Shown here: piece after piece, positions 26,394 to 36,272 of the stretch | How the letters are laid out: each line of letters begins with the position of its first letter | How positions within the stretch are numbered: the first letter of the stretch is position 1 | Notes under the pieces: model-generated | Told to the model about the DNA's origin: nothing | What the model saw: the letters and a program-made list of their open reading frames with translations, nothing else | The model's database searches: none | Made by a program: the position numbers and the translations under genes | DNA from: an uncultured virus (IMG/VR IMGVR_UViG_3300031963_000096) | Lineage: Duplodnaviria; Heunggongvirae; Uroviricota; Caudoviricetes | DNA: 64,000 nt | Direction: 5' to 3' (one strand) | Virus record (IMG/VR): IMGVR_UViG_3300031963_000096

Positions 26394-26669
26394 ATGTCAA
26401 ATATGACACCGTTTGAAATACGGCTAGAGCTACTCAAAATGGCGAGAGATATGCTCAATGACGATTATTATGGTAAGCGTGAACAAATCGCCAATCAATG
26501 GTCAGTAGATTGTGATACTGCCAAACTCAAAGGTGAGGACCCACCGAAACATCCAGGGTATCCACCATTTCCCTCTGAATCAGAAGTTATCGCCAAAGCA
26601 GCGACTTTGAATAATTTCGTTTCGAATATAACCGTAGATACTAAAACAACAACTAAAAAATCTACCTGA
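26394..26669 (+). CDS. Hypothetical protein
   Basis: PFEIRLELLKMA motif; AGGAG RBS. Confidence 0.65.
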   Translation: MSNMTPFEIRLELLKMARDMLNDDYYGKREQIANQWSVDCDTAKLKGEDPPKHPGYPPFPSESEVIAKAATLNNFVSNITVDTKTTTKKST

Positions 26670-26677
26670 TGGGACAA

Positions 26678-26695
26678 GGACGGCTTCGGCCGTCC
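26678..26695 (+). terminator. Stable UUCG hairpin (terminator or processing site)
   Basis: GGACGGC-TTCG-GCCGTCC; no U-tract follows. Confidence 0.45.
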
Positions 26696-26716
26696 CCTAA
26701 CAATTAAGGAGAAGTC

Positions 26717-27283
26717 ATGAAAAGAGCAATAGTGCTTTTCACAATTAGTTTGATTGCATTTACTATAGGATTTACCGCACTTTCGGTAACAAATGTTGTA
26801 AAAATACCTTACAAAGCTTATTACGCTTTTATGTCGCCTGATGCAAAAGAGCAAGTCGAATGTTTGGCAGAAAACATTTATTTTGAATCGGCACACGAGC
26901 CTACGAAAGGCCAAATAGCGGTGGCATTTGTAACAATTAACAGAGTCAAATCTGGACATTTTGAGAATGATATTTGTGGTGTTGTTAAACAAAAAATTAG
27001 AGGCACTTGCCAGTTTTCTTGGTGGTGCGAAGAACGACCAAAGGCAATATCAGTCGCAAAGAGCTTGACAAACAGCAACAGTCCGTTGTATAATGATATT
27101 CGTAACTTAGCAGTTTATGTTTATGCGAACCATGATAAGATTGAAGATCCATCAAAAGGTGCTTTGTTTTATCATGCAGATTATGTTAACCCACAATGGA
27201 GAAATATGGAACATTTAACAACAATTGGTCGCCATATTTTTTACATACGAAAGGATATGAAAAATTGGACAAATTCGATTTAA
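26717..27283 (+). CDS. Cell wall hydrolase, SleB/Hydrolase_2 family
   Basis: CLAENIYFES, GQIAVAFVTINRV, CQFSW, GALFYHADYVNP.W, IGRHIFY; N-terminal TM. Confidence 0.9.
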   Translation: MKRAIVLFTISLIAFTIGFTALSVTNVVKIPYKAYYAFMSPDAKEQVECLAENIYFESAHEPTKGQIAVAFVTINRVKSGHFENDICGVVKQKIRGTCQFSWWCEERPKAISVAKSLTNSNSPLYNDIRNLAVYVYANHDKIEDPSKGALFYHADYVNPQWRNMEHLTTIGRHIFYIRKDMKNWTNSI

Positions 27284-27544
27284 AAAAAGGTGATAATACG
27301 GTTGCTCTTTGTATCACATCAGTAATTTTAACGGCACTAATTGCGATTGGTTGGTACAACATTCATGATCGCAGTTTAATGGCAGAAAACATTAATCGTG
27401 CCGTTGAAAAGGGAATCGACCCATTATCAGTACGCTGTTCATATGTACAAAGTCAAGATATTATTTGTATCGCATTTGCAGCTTCAGCTCAATCACACAA
27501 TGTAGCGCAACAAGCAACATCTAGAAAATAAGGAGTTTTATATT

Positions 27545-27814
27545 ATGGCAGTTAAACAAATGACAATTAATAAATTATCGGAACCAGATAAAGAAAAACT
27601 TTACAAGATCATCAAAGAATGTTCCGATTCGATGGCAAGAATTGATGGCGAACAAGACTTTATTCGTGAATCGATTGCAGAGACCGCAAAGAAAATGGAG
27701 TTACCTAAAAAACTGGTATCACGTTTGGTCAAAGTTTATCATAAACAAAACTATGATGAAGAAGTGGCAGTACACGAACAATTTGAAACTCTTTATGAAT
27801 CGGTGGTAAAATAA
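27545..27814 (+). CDS. dsbA: T4 DsbA-like double-stranded DNA-binding protein
   Basis: IKECSDS...LVKVYHKQ...FETLYE; synteny with genes 33/59/32. Confidence 0.7.
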   Translation: MAVKQMTINKLSEPDKEKLYKIIKECSDSMARIDGEQDFIRESIAETAKKMELPKKLVSRLVKVYHKQNYDEEVAVHEQFETLYESVVK

Positions 27815-28299
27815 TGGCTCGTTATACTTTTACATGTGAACACTTTGATTATGATATTTTCCGTGGTGATGAAGAACATGCTTCATCAACTCATACCACA
27901 GAATTTAAGGCAGGTAGTTTAGATACTGTTTTAGAAAATTTCGAATCATTTCTGCGTGGTGCAGGTTTCCATTTTACTGGCGTTTTGGATATAGTTAAAC
28001 CCGATGAAGAAATTGAAAGTGATAATCAATGGGATTTTTCTGGTATTCCACAAAATAATTTTCCTTTTGTATCTACACCTGAATCAAACGATATTACGCT
28101 TGACTTAGGTGCTGCACAACCTGCTCTTTCTTTTCCTTTAAATGATGATGTTATTCAATTTCCAACAGAGGCATCTGAAAGGTGTCCTATTTGTAAGATA
28201 CCAAAGTCAGTAATGAAATCTGAAAAATGTTATGATAATCAATGCCCAAAAACTTCATGGTTAATGGATTTAGATTATAAACTTGCAAGTGAGAAGTAA
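27814..28299 (+). CDS. Hypothetical protein
   Basis: FESFLRGAGF motif; C-terminal CPIC...CYDNQC. Confidence 0.55.
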   Translation: MARYTFTCEHFDYDIFRGDEEHASSTHTTEFKAGSLDTVLENFESFLRGAGFHFTGVLDIVKPDEEIESDNQWDFSGIPQNNFPFVSTPESNDITLDLGAAQPALSFPLNDDVIQFPTEASERCPICKIPKSVMKSEKCYDNQCPKTSWLMDLDYKLASEK

Positions 28300-28523
28300 T
28301 GGCAACAAGAGAAGAAATGCGTAAGTTCGCTGTGAAGATAGAAGGTATGGTCGCAAACACGGATTATACTTATCTTGAAGCTATAGTAGAATATTGCAAA
28401 CAAACTGGACTTGAAATAGAAGTTGCAGCTTCTCTTGTAAATTCAACACTCAAGGCTAAGATGCAAGAACAAGCAGAGAAAGCCAATTTACTCAAAGTGA
28501 AAACTTCTAGACTTCCGATATGA
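28299..28523 (+). CDS. 33: Late transcription coactivator gp33
   Basis: YLEAIVEYC...LKAK...EA..ANLL...LPI; upstream of gene 59. Confidence 0.85.
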   Translation: MATREEMRKFAVKIEGMVANTDYTYLEAIVEYCKQTGLEIEVAASLVNSTLKAKMQEQAEKANLLKVKTSRLPI

Positions 28524-29119
28524 ATGGTTATGAAACATTTGAAATCTTCCAATCACTAAAACTGCATTTTACAACCGACAAATACGATTATTTTAAGTAT
28601 GGTGGTAAAACAAATGTCAGTATAACCAACTTTGAAAATCGTAAAGACAAATACCATTATTACAAACTGTCAAGAAAATTTAATCAAAAAGAAGAATTAA
28701 TTGACTTTATAGTTTCTAATTTTGTTGAAGATTCAGTAACATGGATTGGTGATTTACTATTAGATGATGCACAACAAAAGTATCTGAAAAGACAAAAGGT
28801 AATCCAGTCATTATCGTATACCTTTGAGAATGATTGTAAAGATCTTTTTTCGCACATAAAAGATCCGAATCATTTACTTAGAGTTGTGAATGGTGAATAC
28901 CCAATGTTGCTTACAATGGGATTGCGTAAAGAAGTAAACATAGAAACTATAATTATTTTAAATAAAATTTTACAATTCATTCCCGTTTGGACACAACAGA
29001 TTACCGATACAATTCGATGGCCAGATTACCGAAGAAAACTTGAAAAGTATACCGCATTTTTACCAGAAGATGTAGTAAAATATAAGTTGATTTTGAAGAA
29101 AGTGATAAATGATAACTAA
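28520..29119 (+). CDS. 59: Helicase loader gp59
   Basis: LKLHFTTDKYDYFKYGGK, RKDKY.Y.KLS, ETIIIL. Confidence 0.88.
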   Translation: MNGYETFEIFQSLKLHFTTDKYDYFKYGGKTNVSITNFENRKDKYHYYKLSRKFNQKEELIDFIVSNFVEDSVTWIGDLLLDDAQQKYLKRQKVIQSLSYTFENDCKDLFSHIKDPNHLLRVVNGEYPMLLTMGLRKEVNIETIIILNKILQFIPVWTQQITDTIRWPDYRRKLEKYTAFLPEDVVKYKLILKKVINDN

Positions 29120-29600
29120 GATTTACCTAGACATGGATGGTGTTCTCTGTGACTTTGAAAAGAAGTTTAGAGATTTGTATGGCCAAGAATCCTTAGAGAA
29201 GCGTGATAGAAAAGAATGGTCAAAGAATTGGGAAGATTTCATTCTGAATAAAAATGCTTTTGAAGAGCTTGAGTGGTTTCCTGGTGGAAAAGAATTATTA
29301 TCTTACATACAGAAACATCCAAAAATTCATGTAGAAATTCTTTCTTCTTCTGGTGGAGAAAAGTTTCATGGTGAAGTAACAGACCAAAAAATTAAATGGC
29401 TTCGCTCAAATGGTATTCATTATAAAGTAAATATTGTGCCTGGCAGAAAACATAAGAAAGAATGGGCAACACCTGACGCTGTAATTATTGATGATACACC
29501 TGATGTAATTGTGGCTTGGAATAAAGCAAATGGTATTGGCATACTTCACAAAGATGTAAAAGATACCTTAAATACGCTTGATAATTTACTAAATAAATGA
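29109..29600 (+). CDS. HAD-family 5'(3')-deoxyribonucleotidase
   Basis: YLDMDGVLCDF, ILSS, KIKWL, IIDD, W..ANGIGILH. Confidence 0.85.
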   Translation: MITKIYLDMDGVLCDFEKKFRDLYGQESLEKRDRKEWSKNWEDFILNKNAFEELEWFPGGKELLSYIQKHPKIHVEILSSSGGEKFHGEVTDQKIKWLRSNGIHYKVNIVPGRKHKKEWATPDAVIIDDTPDVIVAWNKANGIGILHKDVKDTLNTLDNLLNK

Positions 29601-29668
29601 TATACTATGTTTTTGTGGATAAGTCGTTTATATACCGTTAATAATCCGTTTATACGAAAGGAAATACT

Positions 29669-30553
29669 ATGAGTAGTTTCGCAAACCTAAAACGTGGTCG
29701 TTCTGACCTCTCTAAACTTACCAAAGCAATCGAAGCAACAGCGCAACCTGCTGAAGGCGGTGGTGCAGATGATCGTTTTTGGAAACCTTCTGTTGATAAA
29801 GCAGGAAATGGCATGGCAGTTCTGCGTTTTCTTCCTGCACCTCAAGCCGATGGTGATGATGCTCTTCCTTGGATTCGTGTGTTCTCACATGGTTTTCAAG
29901 GACCTGGTGGTTGGTTAATTGATAATTGTTTGACAACAGTAAATCAAAATTGCCCTGTGTGTGAAGCAAATTCTACATTATGGAATTCAGGCATCGAAGC
30001 AAATAAAAACATTGCTCGTGACCGTAAACGTAAACTTTCATATATCGCTAATGTATTGATTGTTTCTGATCCTTCAAATAAAGAAAACGAAGGTCAAATC
30101 AAACTGTTTAAATTTGGTAAGAAAATCTTTGATAAGATTACAGAGGCTATGAATCCTGATCCGGCATTTGCTGATGAGAAGCCAATGAATCCTTTTGATA
30201 TGTGGGAAGGCGCAAACTTTAAACTGAAAATTCGTAAAGTTGATGGTTATCAAAACTACGATAAATCAGAGTTCGAAAGTCCTTCTGCAATATATGATGG
30301 TGACGATGACAAGTTGGAAGAATTGTGGAAGAAAGAACATTCTCTAAAAGAGTTTGTTGAACCAAAACAATTCAAGTCATACGATAAATTGAAAGAGCGC
30401 CTAGATAAAGTTCTTGGTACGGCAGTTCCTGCAGCAGTAGCAACTAAGGCAGCTGCCGCTTCTTTATCTGAAGATGATGATGTTCCGTTTGATACATCAG
30501 GTGCGGATGATGAAGATTTAGATTACTTCAAATCTTTGGCAAATCAAGACTAA
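29669..30553 (+). CDS. 32: Single-stranded DNA-binding protein gp32
   Basis: DDRFWKP..DKAGNG.A.LRFLP, HGFQG...NCL..CPVCE, GANFKLK, NYDKSEF, acidic tail. Confidence 0.96.
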   Translation: MSSFANLKRGRSDLSKLTKAIEATAQPAEGGGADDRFWKPSVDKAGNGMAVLRFLPAPQADGDDALPWIRVFSHGFQGPGGWLIDNCLTTVNQNCPVCEANSTLWNSGIEANKNIARDRKRKLSYIANVLIVSDPSNKENEGQIKLFKFGKKIFDKITEAMNPDPAFADEKPMNPFDMWEGANFKLKIRKVDGYQNYDKSEFESPSAIYDGDDDKLEELWKKEHSLKEFVEPKQFKSYDKLKERLDKVLGTAVPAAVATKAAAASLSEDDDVPFDTSGADDEDLDYFKSLANQD

Positions 30554-30571
30554 AAAATCCCATGCAAGTGC

Positions 30572-30596
30572 AACCCGGCCTAGCGCCGGGTTTTTT
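30572..30596 (+). terminator. Intrinsic terminator between convergent gene 32 and tail gene
   Basis: AACCCGGC-ctagc-GCCGGGTT followed by TTTT. Confidence 0.85.
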
Positions 30597-32286
30597 ATGC
30601 TTGGCGGCTTACTAAACTTTCAAACATAAATGGATCGTATGCGTTCAATGCAGTAGTAGATGATGGTGCAGTTTGTTGGACATTTTTGCTATTATTAACA
30701 TAGTTTACTGAAGGTGCTGGCGATGTGCTCAATTGCATACGCCCTTCTGCAACAGAACTTGACGCTGTTGCTACTTTTGAACCCATTGTTGGTTGTGTTG
30801 CCGCCAATGTTGGTGCTTGTTGTGTTGTTCCAGCAAACATGGCAAATTCTTGTGTTCGTCTTGCGGTCAATCCTCTTTCTTCAACAAGTTCGGTACCTTT
30901 ACGGACTTTATTATATTCTAAAAGTTTTTTGGCTATTTCTTCATCAGACCTAGTTCCATTTGCTGTAAGTTGGCTTAGTGCGGCCGGTCCTAAATTGTAA
31001 GCAAATGATGTTAGTGCATCTATTTTCTTTTGATCCCAATTATAACCATGTTTCAAAGCATGATCGATTACACTCTTTTGTGATTTAGCAACTTCTTCTC
31101 TTAGGCGCCGATCTGCTTCAGCTTCGGTGATTGTTTCACCTTCAAAACTTTTGGTTCCATAACCAACGCTCCATTGTTTATAATCCCATTTTGCTTTTGG
31201 CGTAAAACCTTCTTTTGATTTAATAAAGTTAACTAAATCTTCACTAATCTCACTCGAATCTACTTTTGTTGGTGATGTAGGATTCAATGATCTTTCGGCT
31301 CTAATTCTTTCTACTGCGCCATAAGAACCTGTTACATCTGCTTTTCTACCTGCTTCAATGGCTTGTTCTGCTTGTGTTTCTTTCATTGCTTGAGGTAAAC
31401 CCATTGGTTTACCACCAATCCTATTATTAAATTCATCTATATTTGGAGCTTGCTGCATACTTTGTTCGGGTGTAACTCCTCCTGGTAATTGGCCATTTTC
31501 ATCTACATAATTTTCACCTTTTTTATCATTTCCAATTAACCAAGCAGCTAAAGCTGCAACAGGAGCAACTAGAAGCGCCAATGGAGAAGTTAAAGCTGCA
31601 ATAGCAGCTCTCAAAATTCCCATAGATGAAGTAATGCCTAATAAAGCTTTTAAGTCACTAGCAAATGATGTTATTGAAGTAATAAGTCCACCTATTGCAC
31701 CAGTTAATGGAGTAAAAAGACCAGATAACATCATTAAAATGGTGCTACTATCTTCTTTCTTTACTTGTGTTGGAGTTGGTTGTGTTTGTCTTGCAGTTCT
31801 TCTTGCAAGTGCAGCCTCAACTGCTGACTCTCTTTCACCAGCTCTTTTAAAATAATCAGATGCTCTTGTTGCTTGTGAACCGCCAAAAAGATTTAATAAA
31901 CGACCAATGTTTTGTTTTGTTAGATTTGCATCTCTAGCCATTTGAGGCAAGACAGTAGAATTTTTGGCAATCATTCGACTATAAACTAAATTATTGTCAA
32001 GTTTGATTACCATTTCTTCGAGTGAAACTCTTGTCGCTGCATCACCAGAAGCTTGTAATGTTGCAAGTTTGTTTAGACTTTTATCACTTGAATCTTTATC
32101 ACCAACTCCACGAGCTTTGTAAGCCTTTAAAGAAGGAAATAAAGAAGTTAAGACACCACTTTGGTCGAAGAATTTTCTTGGATCTATTGCCTCTAGTGTT
32201 TTTTGGCCAACAGCCGAAGCAAGAGCACCAGTTCGACTAGAACCCTCTTTTCGTTGTCTTTTTACTACGTCTGCAAAACTAGCCAT
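30595..32286 (-). CDS. Tape-measure/gp29-like tail protein with GH24 lysozyme domain
   Basis: Helical/hydrophobic N-terminal half; FIKSKEGF...SVGYGT...DALTSFAYNLG...GLTARR..E lysozyme motifs; downstream of genes 26/51. Confidence 0.75.
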   Translation of the reverse strand: MASFADVVKRQRKEGSSRTGALASAVGQKTLEAIDPRKFFDQSGVLTSLFPSLKAYKARGVGDKDSSDKSLNKLATLQASGDAATRVSLEEMVIKLDNNLVYSRMIAKNSTVLPQMARDANLTKQNIGRLLNLFGGSQATRASDYFKRAGERESAVEAALARRTARQTQPTPTQVKKEDSSTILMMLSGLFTPLTGAIGGLITSITSFASDLKALLGITSSMGILRAAIAALTSPLALLVAPVAALAAWLIGNDKKGENYVDENGQLPGGVTPEQSMQQAPNIDEFNNRIGGKPMGLPQAMKETQAEQAIEAGRKADVTGSYGAVERIRAERSLNPTSPTKVDSSEISEDLVNFIKSKEGFTPKAKWDYKQWSVGYGTKSFEGETITEAEADRRLREEVAKSQKSVIDHALKHGYNWDQKKIDALTSFAYNLGPAALSQLTANGTRSDEEIAKKLLEYNKVRKGTELVEERGLTARRTQEFAMFAGTTQQAPTLAATQPTMGSKVATASSSVAEGRMQLSTSPAPSVNYVNNSKNVQQTAPSSTTALNAYDPFMFESLVSRQA

Positions 32287-32489
32287 TATCGTTTCCTATT
32301 TTGTTGAGCTGTTTTTATTTTTTCATTTTCTTCTTCAAGATACTGAACTAACATATTCACGTAAATATCTCTTTCCCAAGGTAACATGTTATCCAATTCT
32401 GTCAAACTATATTTGTGGTGTTGCATCAATGCAAAATTAGTTTGATAGTAGTTACCTAAATTTTCATGACCAAAAATTAACCGAAAAAA
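32286..32489 (-). CDS. 51: gp51-like hub/tail assembly protein, probably made as a -1 frameshift extension of gp26 (not in ORF track)
   Basis: Frame reads HENLGNYYQTNFALMQHHKYSLTELDNMLPWERDIYV; first ATG only at 32426; frame is entered at TTTTTTC (32483-32489). Confidence 0.75.
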   Translation of the reverse strand, partial: FFRLIFGHENLGNYYQTNFALMQHHKYSLTELDNMLPWERDIYVNMLVQYLEEENEKIKTAQQNRKR

Positions 32490-33196
32490 CTTTGAATTCC
32501 TTCTACATCAATATCTTCTTCATGATTACATTTATTACATTTAAACTGTAGTTTCTTTTTGATCTTTGGCATTGATTCGAAAAACAATTTAAGTTTCTCC
32601 AACTCTTTTGACTGCAAAGAATCTATAAATTCTTCAAGTTCTTGCCGTAGAGTATCTTTAGCATAGTACATATTTTCTGCATCATAAATGTAATCAATGC
32701 AATCAATAATTAAATTTACAATTACACTAGCATCTTTTGCATCTTTGTATTTCTCAATCATTTCAAAACTAGGATACTTCATAACAATACCAAGTTTGTC
32801 ATTTATTTCTATTTTATTGGTGTGGTCATTTTCTTTTGTTGGTTTTATATCCAACAAATTCAGATCAAATTGAACTATGTTACCACACTTCTTATCTTCT
32901 TCAACTGTATTATTGCATTTGTATTTTAAAGTAACTAATTCTGAAATAGATCTAGCCCTGAGATTTAAAAACAAATATTCCAAATCAAAAACTGGCAATG
33001 AATCTACATTTATATCACTTAAAATACAATTGTTTACGACTTGTTTTATTGTATTCAATACAGACTCGGCATCTTGAGATTCCGAAGCCATCAGAAACAA
33101 TTTTTCTTCTTTAACTGTAAATGGTCTAAACCTAATCTTTTTGTCTACAGATAATAATTTCAAATCATAAATTGGTACATCAACTTTTGGTAACAT
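32477..33196 (-). CDS. 26: Baseplate hub assembly chaperone gp26
   Basis: MLPK...FRPFTVKEEK, FDLEYLFLNLRARS..E, MKYPS, FFESMPK, EGIQSFF. Confidence 0.88.
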   Translation of the reverse strand: MLPKVDVPIYDLKLLSVDKKIRFRPFTVKEEKLFLMASESQDAESVLNTIKQVVNNCILSDINVDSLPVFDLEYLFLNLRARSISELVTLKYKCNNTVEEDKKCGNIVQFDLNLLDIKPTKENDHTNKIEINDKLGIVMKYPSFEMIEKYKDAKDASVIVNLIIDCIDYIYDAENMYYAKDTLRQELEEFIDSLQSKELEKLKLFFESMPKIKKKLQFKCNKCNHEEDIDVEGIQSFFG

Positions 33197-33211
33197 AATT
33201 TCCTCACTTAA

Positions 33212-33988
33212 TTAAAAGAATATTCTCCCTACTGTCTGATCTACATTTCTTCCAAGACCAGTAACTAATCTTTCACCAGCACTTCCAAATAATGCAGCAG
33301 CTGCCTGAGATAAGTTATATGTGCCAGAATAAATTGTTCTATATTTTTGATATGCAAACTGAACAGATAGTCTATGCACACCGTCATCCTGCCAAGATAA
33401 TTGTTGTGATGACACTCCAACTGGAAACGCATCAATCAATTCTACTGCATAAATCTGTTTAATAAATTCATCATATTGAATGATTTTTATGTTTGTTAGA
33501 TACCGAGTTTCTTCGTCTTTTGCATATCTTAAATTATTTGTGTCTGTTGGCATGATTGCTTCCATCCAACGGTCAAATAACTTTCTTTCATAGAACTCAT
33601 TTGTACATAGAAAAGTCAATGTTGTGTCGGCATATTGAGTTTGATATGGTACTTTAAATGTTGGACCATAGATTTTTACATCAGCTGTTGCAAGTGTTTT
33701 ACCTGGAAGTTCAGCTGATTCACATTGAAGGGCCAAGTATCGTGAGATCGAAGCGTTACTTGTTTTAGATTGAGGATCTTCCGGCTGACTTCCAAAAACT
33801 CCACCTAATATATCAGAAACATTTGTAAAGATTGTATTTGGTAAATTAAACAATTGTTCGAATACAGAATTACCAATAAAATTGTTTATGTAACGAGGTA
33901 TTGGTAGAACAACCTCAAATCGATTCGGCCGTGCAAGACCATCTTTTGCACGAATGTTTGATAGAAATAAATTTGGTGCGAATGACAT
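33212..33988 (-). CDS. 54: Tail-tube initiator gp54-like (tube fold)
   Basis: GLARPNRFEV, CESAELPG, FDRWM, DAFPV, LSVQFAY. Confidence 0.7.
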   Translation of the reverse strand: MSFAPNLFLSNIRAKDGLARPNRFEVVLPIPRYINNFIGNSVFEQLFNLPNTIFTNVSDILGGVFGSQPEDPQSKTSNASISRYLALQCESAELPGKTLATADVKIYGPTFKVPYQTQYADTTLTFLCTNEFYERKLFDRWMEAIMPTDTNNLRYAKDEETRYLTNIKIIQYDEFIKQIYAVELIDAFPVGVSSQQLSWQDDGVHRLSVQFAYQKYRTIYSGTYNLSQAAAALFGSAGERLVTGLGRNVDQTVGRIFF

Positions 33989-34566
33989 TAGAATTTGCCC
34001 TTTGATTCTGCGTAAACTTTACTTGTGCCGGCGCCAACAAATGTTTCCATAGGTAACATACAAGCTATGTCCCATTCGTCAGCAAATATTTCGATGAAGC
34101 GTGACCTTACATGTGAATACAAATATCTTTTAATACATGGAATGGCTTCAAATGCTTTTGTTGCGCCTTTTAAATATTGATAATTAACTCTTAGTTCTGT
34201 GTTCAAATCGAACCTAGTATCTGTTGCTGTTTGACTGAGTTTATCCAATAAAGTGATTCTGTATCTTGGGTGAATGTAATGCAAATTCAAACCGAGAAAA
34301 CCATCATTGTATGGTTCAACAGGTATCACTAAAGGAAATCTGTCAAAATACGGTAACTTATCTTTTGTCTTTGGATCATAATAGAAAAAGTACATGCGAC
34401 CAATAAATGGTGATTTTACTGTTCTTTCTCTATCTCTAAAAAATTCTTTTTCTGAAGGATTTAATGACCTAACTTTAGACTGCAACCAGGTTCTTGCTTG
34501 TTGAGTGCGGGGTCTCAAACCTTCTTTTGCGAGCGATGATTGTATTCTGTCGAGTAATGTAGCCAT
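33988..34566 (-). CDS. 2: DNA end protector gp2
   Basis: GRMYFFYYDPKTK.KLPYFDRFPL, GLNLHY, IKRYL; CATAAATA late promoter at 34571-34578 (minus). Confidence 0.88.
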   Translation of the reverse strand: MATLLDRIQSSLAKEGLRPRTQQARTWLQSKVRSLNPSEKEFFRDRERTVKSPFIGRMYFFYYDPKTKDKLPYFDRFPLVIPVEPYNDGFLGLNLHYIHPRYRITLLDKLSQTATDTRFDLNTELRVNYQYLKGATKAFEAIPCIKRYLYSHVRSRFIEIFADEWDIACMLPMETFVGAGTSKVYAESKGKF

Positions 34567-34578
34567 CTATTATTTATG

Positions 34579-35010
34579 CTACAATCCCAAATCATTCTCC
34601 GTAAGTATTTTGAATTGCCAACCATGTTCTTTACAGAATATGTCGGCAGCTCTCCACTTTTCTTGGTTGATTGCGTATGTTGCAGCTTCCTGAATGAACT
34701 TCTTTGTGCGTCTTTTCTGTACAGGCATTTTGGTCTGAGATTCTGGTTTTACCTCTAAAATATATGTCATAACCAGACCATCTTTTCTCCGAACTTTTAC
34801 TATAAAATCTGGAAAATACCTGTGAATTCGGTTGTCTATAGGTGAGCGATACGGTATGGGCAGTTCTTCAGATGCCCACCATATGACATTTGGATTTTCA
34901 TCCAAATACTTCATTACTCTTACCTCCCAAGAAGAACGATATATGATATGATTAGGATCACCGTTGTATTTCTTAGGATTGTTAGGTATAAACCTTCCTT
35001 TATATGACAT
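34579..35010 (-). CDS. 4: Head completion nuclease gp4 (TnsA-like)
   Basis: YKGRF.P.NPKKY.GD, YRSSWE, WASEE, HRYFPDF, EVKP, KW.AA. Confidence 0.92.
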   Translation of the reverse strand: MSYKGRFIPNNPKKYNGDPNHIIYRSSWEVRVMKYLDENPNVIWWASEELPIPYRSPIDNRIHRYFPDFIVKVRRKDGLVMTYILEVKPESQTKMPVQKRRTKKFIQEAATYAINQEKWRAADIFCKEHGWQFKILTENDLGL

Positions 35011-35015
35011 AAATA
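35008..35015 (+). promoter_or_regulatory. T4-type late promoter for the baseplate operon
   Basis: CATAAATA about 28 nt upstream of gene 48; similar motifs at 44247 and 49538 precede genes 25 and 8. Confidence 0.6.
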
Positions 35016-35042
35016 CTATCTAGTCAACTTTAAAGGCAAAAA

Positions 35043-36272
35043 ATGTCTATTTTTAAATTTACGGATATATCATTTAATAAAAACCCGTACACTCGACCTA
35101 GTGATTCAAGAGAGAATTTGGTTGGCGGAAAATATAATTCAAATACATTAAGATATCCTATAGACTTAGGTTCTTACGATAAAGGTCATTACATGGTAAT
35201 TCATGTTAATGAGCAAAATAAAACGAGTTACAAAGGTATTACTGGCTTTGGAGATGAACCTTCAATTATTACAAATAGAAGAAATCTAAATTCTTCGGTT
35301 GGTGGCACAGGAATAGGTGGATTAGATTCTGTTTTATCGACAGTATCAAATTTTGCAGAAAAATCAACAAATTTTGCAAAAGAAGCTAACAGTAAATTAG
35401 AGCAAATTGAAAGAAAATTGGGAATAGGAAATATTCCTAGTTCTGCTGCGAAAGTAGGCTCTACAACAATTTCAGAAGCATCATCATATAAATCTTTAGC
35501 TGGTGTGCGAACAATAAAAAGAACAACGGATACGATTGCTCTTTATATGCCAGATACTTTAAATTTTACTCATCAGCAAGGGTATAACGAAGTAGCTTTA
35601 GGTGGTGGATTATTTGCTGCTGCTGGAGCCGCAGCTTCAGCTTTAAGGGATACAACTTCTTTTAAAGATGCAATGGACATTATTGGTAAAAATGCAAGTC
35701 CATTTATTGCAAACGCCGTTGCAGGAATGTTTGGTGATGTTGGTCGTGCAGCTTTTGCTGGAGGATTTGGAGCCGTTGCTAACCCGCAACTTGAAGTTTT
35801 ATATGTATCACCTAAATTAAGAAACTTTAGATTCGACTTTATGTTTTATCCTAGATTATCTAGAGAAGCGTCTGAAGTACAAAGAATTTTAGATAGATTT
35901 AGATTTCATCAAGCACCAGAATTATTAGGTTCAGAAAATTCAGGTGGTGTTGGAGGATTCTTTTTAGTTCCGCCTTCAGAATTTGATATTAAATTTTATT
36001 ACAATGGCCAAGAAAATCCTAACATTCCAAAAATATCAACTTGTGTTTTAACGAATGTAGATATAGATTATGCACCAAATGGTTTTGCTACATATGAAGT
36101 GCCGAGTGATTTGACGGCTAGAAAAGGATTTACAGGTATGCCTGTTGCAATTAGATTGTCTTTGGAATTCCAAGAAACAGAAATGTTGACAAAAGCAAAC
36201 TTTGCAAGAGATGAGGGACGATTAAGTTTGAGAGAGAACTTTGGTCAAATTAATAGTAGTGAGAATGAATAA
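35043..36272 (+). CDS. 48: Baseplate tail-tube cap gp48
   Basis: LRYPIDL, IALYMPD, NPQLEVLY..P.LRNFRFDF.F.PR, CVLTNVDIDY.P. Confidence 0.85.
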   Translation: MSIFKFTDISFNKNPYTRPSDSRENLVGGKYNSNTLRYPIDLGSYDKGHYMVIHVNEQNKTSYKGITGFGDEPSIITNRRNLNSSVGGTGIGGLDSVLSTVSNFAEKSTNFAKEANSKLEQIERKLGIGNIPSSAAKVGSTTISEASSYKSLAGVRTIKRTTDTIALYMPDTLNFTHQQGYNEVALGGGLFAAAGAAASALRDTTSFKDAMDIIGKNASPFIANAVAGMFGDVGRAAFAGGFGAVANPQLEVLYVSPKLRNFRFDFMFYPRLSREASEVQRILDRFRFHQAPELLGSENSGGVGGFFLVPPSEFDIKFYYNGQENPNIPKISTCVLTNVDIDYAPNGFATYEVPSDLTARKGFTGMPVAIRLSLEFQETEMLTKANFARDEGRLSLRENFGQINSSENE

